From the human T2T-CHM13v2.0 reference genome, Homo sapiens: a DNA stretch of 64,000 nt. This document shows, in pieces, positions 49,202 to 64,000 of this stretch (position 1 is its first letter; the number at the start of each line of letters is the position of its first letter). The position numbers and the translations under genes were made by a program. The stretch lies in NCBI RefSeq assembly GCF_009914755.1, contig NC_060930.1; one strand, written 5' to 3'. The notes beneath the pieces are model-generated. The model saw only the letters and a program-made list of their open reading frames with translations, was not told the origin of the DNA and made no database searches.

Positions 49202-50542
49202 ATGGAAATGTGTACTTTCAATTGCACTTGCTAATTGAAAGCTGGTAACCAAGTCAAAGATAAGGCAGAAAACAACTGCGGCAGAACTAGACTTCCCAAC
49301 AAGCCCCCTCCACTGTTCCCAGTTCTGGTGTAATCCACCCACCTTCCTGCCCCCTGCTGTGTTCCACGTGAAACTGTGTATTTAGAAAAACCATGAAAAC
49401 CAAACGTACAGATCCTGCAAAGCAACCAGAAAGTCACTCCTGATGCTGAACAATGTAAATGGTCAAACAAAATCATTTTGCCTTTGGATACTGATCACAA
49501 ACATAGGTTGCGGTTTTTTATCAAACACTAGTCAATAATTTACATTAAATTCTAAATTACATCTGAAACCCCAAACAGTATCATTAAATTCAGATCATCT
49601 AATAGTTTTCTTTTAGCCAATGGCTTTAGTATCTGTGCCCCATTTTACCCAGGGAAGGCAGGGAAGCTGATGAGGAAAACTCTTTCTGGCTTCATTCCTA
49701 CCCTAGGTAGGAATGAGCCCCTAGCTCTCAGCACCGCTCCAGCCACACCCACCTCCTTTCACTCCCTCACACACCATGCACTGCCCCCACTTCCCAGTCT
49801 CAGGGGGCCTTGTCCCCTCTTTTTACTGCATTACCCCTACTTCTCATTCTGCAGATTTCAGCTCGAAATGGTCCCTGAACTCCCTGGGTGGGTCACATTC
49901 CCAGTTCAGTGCTCTCACAGCACCACCACTAGTGGCACTTACCACACAGCAAATGCAGGCTGACACCTTCCAGCAGGACTGTTTGATGTGTCTGCCCTGC
50001 CTGCCCCTCAGCTGTAAATTCCAGAAGGGTCTATGCCCTGCACGCTCCCTCAGTGTGTACTTTCTGAATGAGTAACAAACATCCCTTCTGTCTCTCTTCC
50101 TCTTCATGATCAACAACACAATAAAGTGTGAAATTTAGGAATGTAAGAAAAGTAAGCAAATAGGCCCCAAACTGGATCACTAGGTCCAGAATAACTGGAA
50201 ATTGATTGTTCAATTTTCTTATACTCACTCTTTCTTCATTCAACCCTGGAGACATTTATTTGTATACCAGGATTCTTTTATGCTTAAAAGATTATAGAAT
50301 CAAATCTTGGTGATATGCAGTAATAATGCTATGTACATAAAACTCCTTATCTGATTTAAAATATGTAATTTACATAATATAGAAGCAACTCTTATCTAGC
50401 TATTTACTGAAGTAAAAACTGTTATTTGAAACACCAAAACACACAGACTCAGTCGAAACAATTCCAAGATAGTATTTAAAACACATTATTTTCTCTAATA
50501 TAAGCCATTAAACATTTAAGAAGTGAGCATTTCTCCTCTTAC

Positions 50543-50584
50543 CTCTTTTACAATGTTGCTCACTTCATCAACAACAAAAGCAGT
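50543..50584 (-). CDS. DYNLT1: DYNLT1 exon 2 (TAFVVDEVSNIVKE)
   Basis: ttacag|ACT ... GAG|gtaaga; 42 nt. Confidence 0.95.
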
Positions 50585-50787
50585 CTGTAAGGAAGAACAT
50601 TCAGTTAAGTTTGATTTATTTAAAAGATATTTCCACTACATTGATAAATGCAAATGTAGGTAATGAACATAATGTAGAAATGAAGACCTTAGAAATAATC
50701 TAACTAGACTGTTCAGCTTTACCAAGGATGGCATTACAGTCTTCAGAAACCAGAAGACTAGAATACATGCACATAATTTAAAGGTAT

Positions 50788-51135
<348 letters not shown>

Positions 51136-52693
51136 TAAACTAGAATTCATTCTCTTCTTCCATTTCAACTGGCTGCTAGAATCATTAACCAATAGAGAGG
51201 CTTAATGAGTTGGTTGATTTTTGTATAAATTAACTGAAGCTGCTGAAGTAATCCATTTAAGATGTAATTCTCTCTTCCATGATGTAAACTGATTAGGAGG
51301 ATCAGTTTGACCTTGAGGAGATTTTTTTAAAGCACCATTACTTGTAAAATGTACGATGATTACATTATCTCCAGGTAATTATTTTTCTTTCCCAGTGCTG
51401 CCCTCCGACTCCAGGACTAACCACCAGCTGCCAGCATGGCTGTTCTCTGTCAGTGTCTGGATGACTCAGGAGGTGGGCTGCCTGCAGGAATCTAGTGCCA
51501 GGAGTATAGTTTTCCTTTTACACATGGTAGATCTGAATGGGTAAAAGGTCATCCTGAAAATAACATTAGTCAGGCACTTGCCTGCCAATGTGCTCTTCAC
51601 ATGAGCACAAGCGTTTAAAGTTACTGCTGAGTCCCAGGAAAGGTACGTAGCTCTGGACACGCCTTCGAGAGGGCAACCCCTGGGGCCCTCAGTCAACGTG
51701 CATCCTGAGGGAATCAAGGCAGAGAACCCTGACTTGGCAGTGAGTCTTCCTCCCTGTCTGGCTGCTGTCCACTGCAGGCCCTGCCCTTTCTTTTTAGGGG
51801 GGGTCAGGAGCTGACTGCCCGAAGCCACCTCACTTGCTGTACTCAGAAGTCGGACTTGGAAACAAAACCAACTCACTGAGTGAAGAACAATTTGCAATAT
51901 CTTAGAGATTAAGTCATTTCTGGAAGCTTAAAGGATCCTTCCAAGTGACTACCGTGACCTTAATCACAAAGGAAAGGCACTGTATCACCTCCCATATGGT
52001 TACAGTACGAAAAAGGTTGAGGGACATTTTAAAGAATTTTTAGTGGAAAGCAGAGTTGTATTGAATCCAGTGGATAGTTTTAACGTCTCCAAGAAAGATG
52101 AATGGTGAGTTGAGAGAATAGTTACAAAGGCCCAGGCATCTACACGAAGTTAGAAGAGATGCAGAAAAGGCTGCTAAGAGGCTGGTGGGAGGACCAGAAC
52201 GGGCCATTCAGTAAATACCTAAGACATGCCTACTACAAGACAGCCATGGTCTCCACCTCCCAGGGCCTCCATCCCAGGTAGAACACTCATCACTCTGTCC
52301 AGCCCCTTCATTTTACACATATGCGATTGAGATCTCGAATAATGAAGCCACTTAGCCACCTTATTTGTGGGAGTCAGAATCGGACTGCAGTATTAAGCGC
52401 TTTCCTTTACAAAGCGATTTCTTTTTTAGAAGTTTTACTCGATATTACTGTAATACAAGACATTTTCCAATATTATATTAGTAACAGTTTAAGGGGAAAG
52501 GCTTTTTTCTTTGCCAACTGCTCCTGAACCAGCTCTTCTCGTCATTATTCACTTGGTTGCCATCAGCATTCAAACACTGATTATGCCACTGTCACAGGAA
52601 GTGTGTGCTAGTTAGGAAATCAGATCAAAACTGAAACTCTAGAATCAGTCCTTAAGTTTTAGTTTTATTTTCCCTGAAAACATTCCTCCTTAA

Positions 52694-53005
<312 letters not shown>

Positions 53006-53359
53006 ACTAAATTTCATAAATGGTAAGATATCCAACCTTACCAAATGTATCTATAGTTTATATTTTTGACAGGCTGCATAATAAATCCATAGGGCTCTAT
53101 CTGAATTTCAACAAGGATTATTCAGTAAGAAGAAAATGAGTGTTGTATCTCAGCTGCGCCCATCAGCTCTATTCCCCGAATGACCGTGAGCTTGAAGGAA
53201 AGCCATTTAACGCACACGGTGCCGATGGGTGTCTTCTGCTTGGCGACATCGTGGGCTTTATCCTACTTCCTCAAGGAGGCATAAAAGATGATTTTTTTCC
53301 CCACAACAATGAGCTTTCTTACAGACATATTAAACGGAAATGAAATGTGCTACTCATTC

Positions 53360-54220
53360 CCAGCGCTGCAGAACCAGGTGAGGCCCGAGACAAAGGCGCG
53401 GGATGGCCGGGACGCCAGCCCGGGGCGGAGGGGCTGGCGGCGGGAGCGTCACCCGCACCTCCGCGGGGAGACGTCCAAGCCTCGGCGCTCCCAGCCCGGC
53501 CGCCGCGCCCCGCTCCAGGCTGGGGCTGGGGCTGGGGTCAGCCCCGCAGAGCAAGGGGCGGTGATGTCATCCTCTCGGCGAGCTTGGCTGCGGGCCGGAG
53601 GCGAGGCCCTGCGGGAAGGTTTCTCGGCACCGCTCACCGGGGCGCTCTCTCCGAGTCACGCCCGGTGCCTCCCCGCGCGGGAAGAAGCTCAATCCCCTTC
53701 CCGCCCCCCGCGCCGGGGAAACGGCGGCAATGTCCGGGCAGAATGGGGCCGGGCGGAGCGCCGGCGACCGGGAAGCTCAGGCCGTGGGCTGCCGAGACTG
53801 GCCTAGCTGAAGGAGGTGGGCAGCCAGGCCTTTCCGGGCAGGACCGCGTGTCCTTCCGCGGCCAGGGCTCTAGGCCTCCACCCTTCCGTCGCCGACCCGG
53901 CGGTTACCTCCTCCGCAGCCTGGTAGTCTTCCATCTTTCCTCCGGCGCGTCGCCTCCGGCTCCCTGAGTGGCGCGGACTGCGCAGGCGCACTCAGGCCCC
54001 GCCCCGGACCTGCCACGCCCCTCTCCTCTCGCGCCTGCCTCGCCCATGCCCAGCTCCCGGGCCCCGCCCTTCGCTGCCCGGACCCTCAGTGACCCCATCC
54101 CTGGGCGGGGCCCGTGGGTGGACCCTGAATTCGCCTCTCCTCCTGTCCTCTGGGAGGTGGTAGTTTCCATGGGAATCCGTGAGGGTAGCCGGGCAGCTCC
54201 CTAAACCTTAGCAACAGAAA
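53360..54220. promoter_or_regulatory. CpG island / DYNLT1 promoter
   Basis: Very GC- and CpG-rich. NRF1-like TGCGCAGGCGCA at 53979-53990, GC boxes at 53995-54005 and 54060-54069, KLF-like GCCACGCCCC at 54012-54021. Confidence 0.88.
53908..53934 (-). CDS. DYNLT1: DYNLT1 exon 1 (MEDYQAAEE)
   Basis: ATG at 53934 inside the CpG island; donor GAG|gtaacc. Confidence 0.95.
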
Positions 54221-55350
54221 CAAAACACACGTACAAAAGGCAGTCCTGGAGGGGAAGCGTGGTCCCGGCCCCTCCTCCGGTTTGTACTGTGTGGATTGAC
54301 GCGGACGTTCAAACCCGCTCGGACACCTGGCAACAAACTCGAAAGTGACTGCTGAAGGCAGTGCGCCCGGTGAGACGTTGTTGCAGTTCCCTTGGGGACT
54401 GGGATTGGCATGCTTTAGCTATCTGAACGAAACTTCCCTTTGGGGAGTTAAGTTTTCCAGGTAAATGAGAATTTTTCCTTTAAGCACCATTAAAAAAAAA
54501 CATTTTGGGTGGAAAATTTTGTAAAATGTGGCACACTTCCTGACTACCTTAACCATAGTGAACTAGACAGACTTTATTTGTATGTGGGTTCTTTATGGAA
54601 ATTAGGAATTGCACTGGGCTCTGGTAAACTGCCCTCCACGGAAAGCTGGGGCATATGCATCTATTGGCAGGTATTCTGAGGCTCCGAGTTTTGATTTTGG
54701 CGTTTGCTTTTTCTGGTTTCGTCATGCACTTGAATTCAGGTTGCTGGAACCCACTTCCCATTCCCCAAGAAAGAGCTGACTGCAAGGGTCCCAGGGATTT
54801 GGTAGACCTAAACTTCAAATCCCACATCTAATCCATCAACAACCCTTGTTATTTCTACCCCATATGCTCGGGACCCCAGTTAAAGATTGATATCTCTCAT
54901 CTGGATTATGACCATCGGACTGTAACCTGGTCGGTCTATCAGGGTCTTATTAGAGCCCTTCAAGAGGAACCTAACCCAACGACTCCTCCCTCCCCTCACC
55001 CATTCTGCCCTGCCATAAGTCAATAGTTACTAAGTTGTCAGACTATAGACTAATCTTAGTGATCTTTGGATGACTAAACTTTTAACATATCTTAGCTCAA
55101 AATCTCCTACAGAGAGCCATTCTGTGACCACGGCATCTAAGGTAGCCGACCTCCTCATCCTCCACCCCTGCATCCTGTACATTTTCCTCATAGCACTTCT
55201 CTCAGTTTGCAAGAACGTATTTATGGTTGCTTGTTGATGGTGTGTCTCCATTTAGAAACTAAGTACCATGCAGGAAGGATCTGTTTTATTCACTAATGTA
55301 TCCCCTTCCTTCCACATTGTGCCTGGCACATAATAGCTACACAATTAACA

Positions 55351-55732
<382 letters not shown>

Positions 55733-57209
55733 TAGCTTTGCCTCAGACCCAAATGGAGAGAACTGGGGAGTGGAGGAAGATGCAACTACCTGCCTCCTTG
55801 AGGGAAACAGGGCTGGCGAGAGGAGGGCAGAGCCCTGACTGACACAAGGCTGCTTGGCCCTGGGTGTTCCGCCTGAGCGAGGAGACTTGCTGGGCAGGCT
55901 GGTTGCTTTACCACACCTGGTCTTCCTCTCCTTGGATTCTGAACTTTATCTACCTTTTGAATTCCTTTCTTATTACCTGGCTTCAACTCCCCTGTCCTGG
56001 TGTTTCAGTCGTGCGCCTCAGTCCACATGTGATTCTGATGCTGACATTGCTTTGCCTGCCTGCCCTTCTCAGTATCACCTGAGATCTCGTTTTGGATGTT
56101 CTCTGCCTACCTGGTTCCAAGCTCTTGGCCCCACCACGATCCTGAGCCAATCAGGAGCCTCTGAAATCTTTTTTCTTCTGCTACTTTGTTGTGGACCTGG
56201 AGTTCAGTAGCTAAGTGTCACAGAATTATGTGCAAAGCAAGAGTAAACCGGTTCTGAGCAAACACCTGCAATGGAAGAACATGACACTTGGGACAGCCTT
56301 TTCAATTTTCCCCACAACCTTTTAGGAACTTCCTAATTTAAATCAATTTCCTGAATGTCTGCTAGGATGGTGCATAATTAATGCATGGATCTTGTTATAA
56401 CTGCGGATCACCAGCATGCACATAAATCAACAGAAAACATGCAAATGTGCATTTTAAAAATGCTTACATGATTTTAGCTTTTATACATTGGGTACCACTC
56501 TCCAATTTTAACTATTAAAGAACATTTGTTAAATGATCGCGATGTATGACATTTTGAGGCTGCCAGTAAACGGATGAGCTGGTCTGTTTATCTTCACAAC
56601 TATCTGTTCACTTGTTCAATACACATATATGGAGCACTCCCTTTGTGTCAGGCTCTGAGCTGGGGGTTGAGGCTACAAAGTTGACTAAAACATGGCCTTT
56701 ATGGAATTTTTTCTTTTAAACGGATATATCTGTAAATAGGAGGGTTTGAATTCTCTAGGCTTATGTGATGTTGTAGTGCTTGGAAAAATGCAGTGATGTG
56801 GTATTATATTCTGCCCAACTGATGTAGTCTGTAGGGCTAAGGAATTTAAAATCGTTAAGACATTTGGCAGTTCACCAGATGCCATTTCCAGCACCTTCCA
56901 TCTGCCACGAATGGATGTCCATCAGAAGCATTGGAGCTCAGACACCTTTACTCGTAACTGCTCATGAATCTTTGGCATTCTGCCATATTTTAGAATAATG
57001 TTTAGTTTCTATGCAGTAAGTCAGTGGAGTGAATCTTAGGTTTGTTTTTCAATTTGGAGGTTAGTGATAGGTTGGCAGGTTTGCGTGCAATCACCTTTCT
57101 TTTCTGGAGTCAAATTTCTTGAATACAGACTGTGGGACTGGAGCTGCCAATACCTTTATTTAGCAAGTGTGGGCCTAATAATCATAGCAATCAATGAACT
57201 GTCACATCA

Positions 57210-58085
<876 letters not shown>

Positions 58086-58424
58086 CTAAAGTGAGAGTCC
58101 TGTGCTGAGAAAAGCTAAAGAGATTAGCTAAGAAGTGCCTATATTTAGATCTGCTATTGAGCTGGGAAGCGGAGGCACAGTTGTGCTGAAATACCTCTGT
58201 ACCCCATGAAACAGTGGCTGCTCTGAGCTTCTTGGGTCCCTCTTCCTCTCAATCCTGGTGACTGCAGCCCCTTCCCTGGGACCTCATCCCCAAGATCCAA
58301 TAACTAAAGGATAACTCGTGGTATAGCAGGGCCTCCGCTGGCATTTGTTCCAATGGGTAAATATTCATGCTATAGTAGTTATTAAATAGTTTGGTGCTCA
58401 GTTCTGTGTTTGTGAAAACACTAC

Positions 58425-58785
58425 ACACTACATCAGCAGAATAGGCTAGGTTAGCTGCAGAAACAAATGGCCCTACACTCTCAGTGGTTGATGACAGCAA
58501 ACATTTATTTGCCACTCACACTCCATGACCATCAAGGATCTTCCATGGCTCTGCTTCATGTCTTCTCCATGCTGAGACGAGGTTGCTGGAGCAGCCTGTG
58601 TCTGGAGTCATCAAGGGAAAGAGAAGGGAAAGAGAATGAATGGTGGCCCCAGTACTGGCTCGGTAGGTGCCAAGCCTACGTGGCACGTGGCACCTTTGCA
58701 CACACTTCATTGTCTTATTGCTCTCCAGAGCAAGTCCTTGGCCATGCCTGAGTTAGCAGGGCAGGGACACTTCACGGTGCTGAGT
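58425..58785. mobile_element. Old MLT1-type MaLR LTR fragment
   Basis: ggctaggttagctgcagaaacaaa...tttattt...cacacttcattg...ggccatgcctga; weak by-eye match. Confidence 0.5.
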
Positions 58786-59239
58786 AATACTACCTAGTAC
58801 ACGCACAGCATTTTGAAGGTTCCCCTTGGTGATTTCATTACAATCTTCATCGCTCTTGGCCTGGCTGTCCCCCTTTCTTGTAAATTATTCTTGAGTTAAT
58901 AGCTGTTCTTTGAGATGTGGTTAGTCATTTACAATGAAGTCAATGTGAAACCCTTCACAAATGTGAGAACATTTGAATATTTGAAGGCTGTAGTCTCTGT
59001 AGGGAGTTTCCTTAGGAAGGGTGAAACATTTCACCAGCATCAGCCTGGTCTTTCCTCCAGCTAAAAATGTAAAATGTTGGCATAGAAGAGCTCCTTGGTG
59101 TGGTTTTGGGGTGGCTTTGCTCCCTGGGTCCCTAGTGATGTGGGAGTAGCCACCGAGGCATGTAAGGCTGGCCACACAGGGTGCACTGCGTCAGCCTGTG
59201 CCCGACAGGAAGGGAAGAGAAATACGTCAGTTACTCTAA

Positions 59240-59305
59240 CAAGAAGAATTGACTTCCTTCTCTGCAGAGCCGGCTCTGGTCTCTTCTCTTGAAGCAGATG
59301 CGAAG
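59240..59305 (+). other. SYTL3: Probable SYTL3 non-coding first exon (start approximate)
   Basis: Donor AAG|gtagga. Upstream RUNX (TGTGGTT, 59099) and ETS (CAGGAAG ~59206, ACTTCC ~59252) motifs. Gene identity comes from recalled gene order, not from coding sequence. Confidence 0.5.
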
Positions 59306-59865
59306 GTAGGATGAGAAGGCATGGCTGGCCGTTGCAGCAGGTCGTTTTAGGAGTGGGGGAGTGGGGTGGGTAGAGATTATAGTTATTGTAACTTTTCTTA
59401 AATTTATGACATTGAAAAGGTAGGAAACAAAACATAATAAATTAGATAAAAGATATCTTGTAATTTTATTGAATAACATACATTTAACATTTGAGATAAT
59501 AATGATTTAAGTGATATGGTGGAAGTGACTTCAGAGTTAATTAAAAACCAAAACAAAACAGAAAAACACTATCCAAAAGCTATATGGTGTGATTTTTTTT
59601 TTTAAAGGGTAGAGTGTCATTTGCTTTCTTCTTTGGTTTGCAAATTCTTATACTTACAGTTTATTACTATTTTGCTCTCTCTGAATCGACTTTATTGTTT
59701 TGATCATCCGTAATTTCTCGTTTGGAGGTGGAACATAAATATCATTTTGGAATTATAAAAAAGTTAGCTAGGGTCTAATTTAAATTTCTTTTAATTAAGC
59801 TTCCTTAATCTCTAAATTGCTTGGTAAGAAAGAGACTATGAGAGGAAAGTGCACATTAGATATTA

Positions 59866-60916
<1,051 letters not shown>

Positions 60917-60980
60917 TCAGTCATGAATTCCTATTTCTGATTCTAAAGTAATATTTTTTGTTGTTTTTGGGTGGTAAAAG

Positions 60981-61070
60981 GCTCCCCGAATGAGAAAGAA
61001 TACTCGGAATCAGCGGTGAATTGCAGTGATCTTTCAGAGAAAGCGCCTGTTCAACTTTGTCCTCTCTCAG
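60981..61070 (+). other. SYTL3: Probable SYTL3 non-coding exon (90 nt)
   Basis: Unique sequence between Alu clusters; T-rich tract + aaaag| acceptor (weak); donor CAG|gtaggc. Confidence 0.5.
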
Positions 61071-61117
61071 GTAGGCTTCAAGTTTTATAGATTCAAGCCC
61101 ACGTGTGAGTCTTCTAA

Positions 61118-62068
<951 letters not shown>

Positions 62069-62452
62069 GAGTCTTCTAATGTGAAGTAGAGATATCTGAG
62101 GGACCTGAAACTTGTACAACTTGTGGAGACTTTGGGAAAACAAAGAGGGAACCAGGTACAGGGCATCTAGGGCCTTGGACAGGGCCGTGCAAATAAAGGA
62201 TTCTGAAGTTGAGGTGTCATTCGCTTCCCAGAAAACCCACCTCTGAATGAGTAACAAGATAGACAGAAAATGTATAAACGCACATCTTCATTTCTGTGTC
62301 AGACTTTCTGATGGATATGCATGCGTGCTGTCTCATTGTTGCAAAAATGAGTCTTTTAAGCCTATGAATAGGGAACTGAGCTGAGAGCTGTTCTTTATTC
62401 ATCACCTTCCTTTGTGGCTGTAATCAGCTTCCGTAAAGAATCTATGCAAGCA

Positions 62453-62749
62453 GGCCGGTCGCAGTGGCTCACACCTGTAATCCCAGCACTTTGGGAGGCC
62501 ACGGTGGGCAGATCACCTGAGGTTGGGAGTTTGAGACCAGCCTGACCAACATGAAGAAACCCTGTCTCTACTAAAAATACAAAATTAGCGGAGGATGGCG
62601 GTGCATGCCTGTAATATCAGCTACTCGGGAGGTTGAGGCAGGAGAATTTCATGAACCTGGGAGGCGGAGGTTGTGGTGAGCCAAGATCGCGCCATTGCAT
62701 TCCCGCCTGGGCAACAAGAGCGAACTCCGTCTCAGAGAAAAAAAAAAAG
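62453..62749 (+). mobile_element. AluSp-like
   Basis: TSD aagaatctatgcaagca. Confidence 0.9.
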
Positions 62750-64000
62750 AATCTATGCAAGCAAAAAAGTCATGAGGTTTTCAGGTAAAATTTCAAGGAC
62801 AATGCAGTCACTCAACTTTTCCCCTGTGTACGAGGCAGAAAGCATGGTGGCTGCACGCTGAAGCTGTGAAACTTCTCAAGGAAATAGCTGTGGTAAACAA
62901 TACAGGAGCGAGCTGCCGCCCGCTTGAAATGACCTGCAGGGCTGTGGCTTGTGGGCTTTGAGAACGTTCTGTAGTCTTCCCTTGAAAGCGTGTGTGGTGA
63001 TGACAGTCACATTCACACGCACTCATGCTACCGCAGATCTCTGCATTTCCACTCTGGTGACGTTTCCCCCGTACCAGGGAGGGCTGAACATTTATTTCCT
63101 TTGATCTGATGACTGACTGCTCAGAGACAATAGATGATTGGATGAAAGAAATAGGGGCCCCTAAGAATAAACAATGTGTCCCTTTCCCATCCTCCTCGTC
63201 TCTTTTCTTCATTGGTTTTACTTTTCTTGTACTTTTCCCCTTTCACCAGATTTAGAAGCCAAAGTCAAGATTTGCTGTTAGGCTGAGGAAAGCAAGCAGG
63301 CATTGTTTCAAACTCCTAGTGCATGGCTGACTATTTCAGTCCCCTGGCGGAGCTGTCCCACACGTCTCTCCCTGGGAAGCCCTCCCTGGTCCCACCAGCC
63401 CTCTCTGCTCCTGTGTGGAGTGACTCGTGCCTTCTGATCCTTGGGTTTTGTACTCATCCCACCATGTTATGAGTTATTTGTCTGTGTGTCCATGTTCTGG
63501 CTGGGATGGGTCCTTCTTAAATGCAGAGATTGAGTCTCACTTCTTTTTAGATCCTCGATATCTGGCACGTGCTTGATACATAGAGGCCAATAAAATCAGT
63601 GTTGAACTGACACACTCAATGCCGTAACCAAACTGTGTTTGTCTGGATGCCGAAGTTCCACTGGGATACAGCATGACCAGATAAAGACCAATGGAAACAC
63701 CTAGATTGAAGTTTTCCCCATGGCTGCCCGCGTCCCTCCCAATCCCAGAACAGTGGCTTAACTTCCTACTCTTGGGCCTTCCTGAAGGGGAGATGGAAGG
63801 GTAGAAGAAACCCTTTTGAGTCGGGCTTGCTTTGTTCTGGCTGTTGCTCTAGGGCTGTGCCTGGATGACTCAGTGAGTTCCCCAAACAGCCCTGTGAAGC
63901 AGGGATGGCTCCATGTCACGGAGGAGGAAGGCCAGTCTCCCAGAGATGAAGCAGCTGGCCTGAGAGCACGTGGCTGAGTCCTGGCTGGGTATGAGCCCAG

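Noticed and set aside
53288-54204. Arg/Gly/Pro-rich ORFs near DYNLT1 exon 1
   Set aside because: Expected stop-codon depletion in a CpG island; only MEDYQAAEE is supported by splicing.

Overview
Human (or great-ape) genomic DNA, recognisable as the TMEM181-DYNLT1-SYTL3 locus (6q25.3 in human, from recall). On the + strand are the last 11 coding exons and ~3.5-kb 3'UTR of TMEM181, including one minor-spliceosome (U12, AT-AC) intron at 37682-38920. On the - strand is the complete 5-exon DYNLT1 gene (113 aa) with a CpG-island promoter, converging on the TMEM181 3' end. Probable non-coding 5' exons of SYTL3 lie near the right end. The most striking structure is a nested stack inside one TMEM181 intron. 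A MER44-type DNA transposon is split by a full-length TATDN2 processed pseudogene with an exact 11-bp TSD. The pseudogene is split by a two-LTR ERV1 provirus (tRNA-Phe PBS, gag and env remnants), which is in turn interrupted by a 5-kb L1PA and an Alu. Smaller oddities include an EGR1-site/G4 37-bp VNTR, a bidirectional poly(A) hairpin in the LTRs, templated inverted insertions inside Alus, and a 26-bp exact repeat in the 3'UTR. There is no prokaryote-type system. Repeat family names and boundaries are by-eye calls, not database results.
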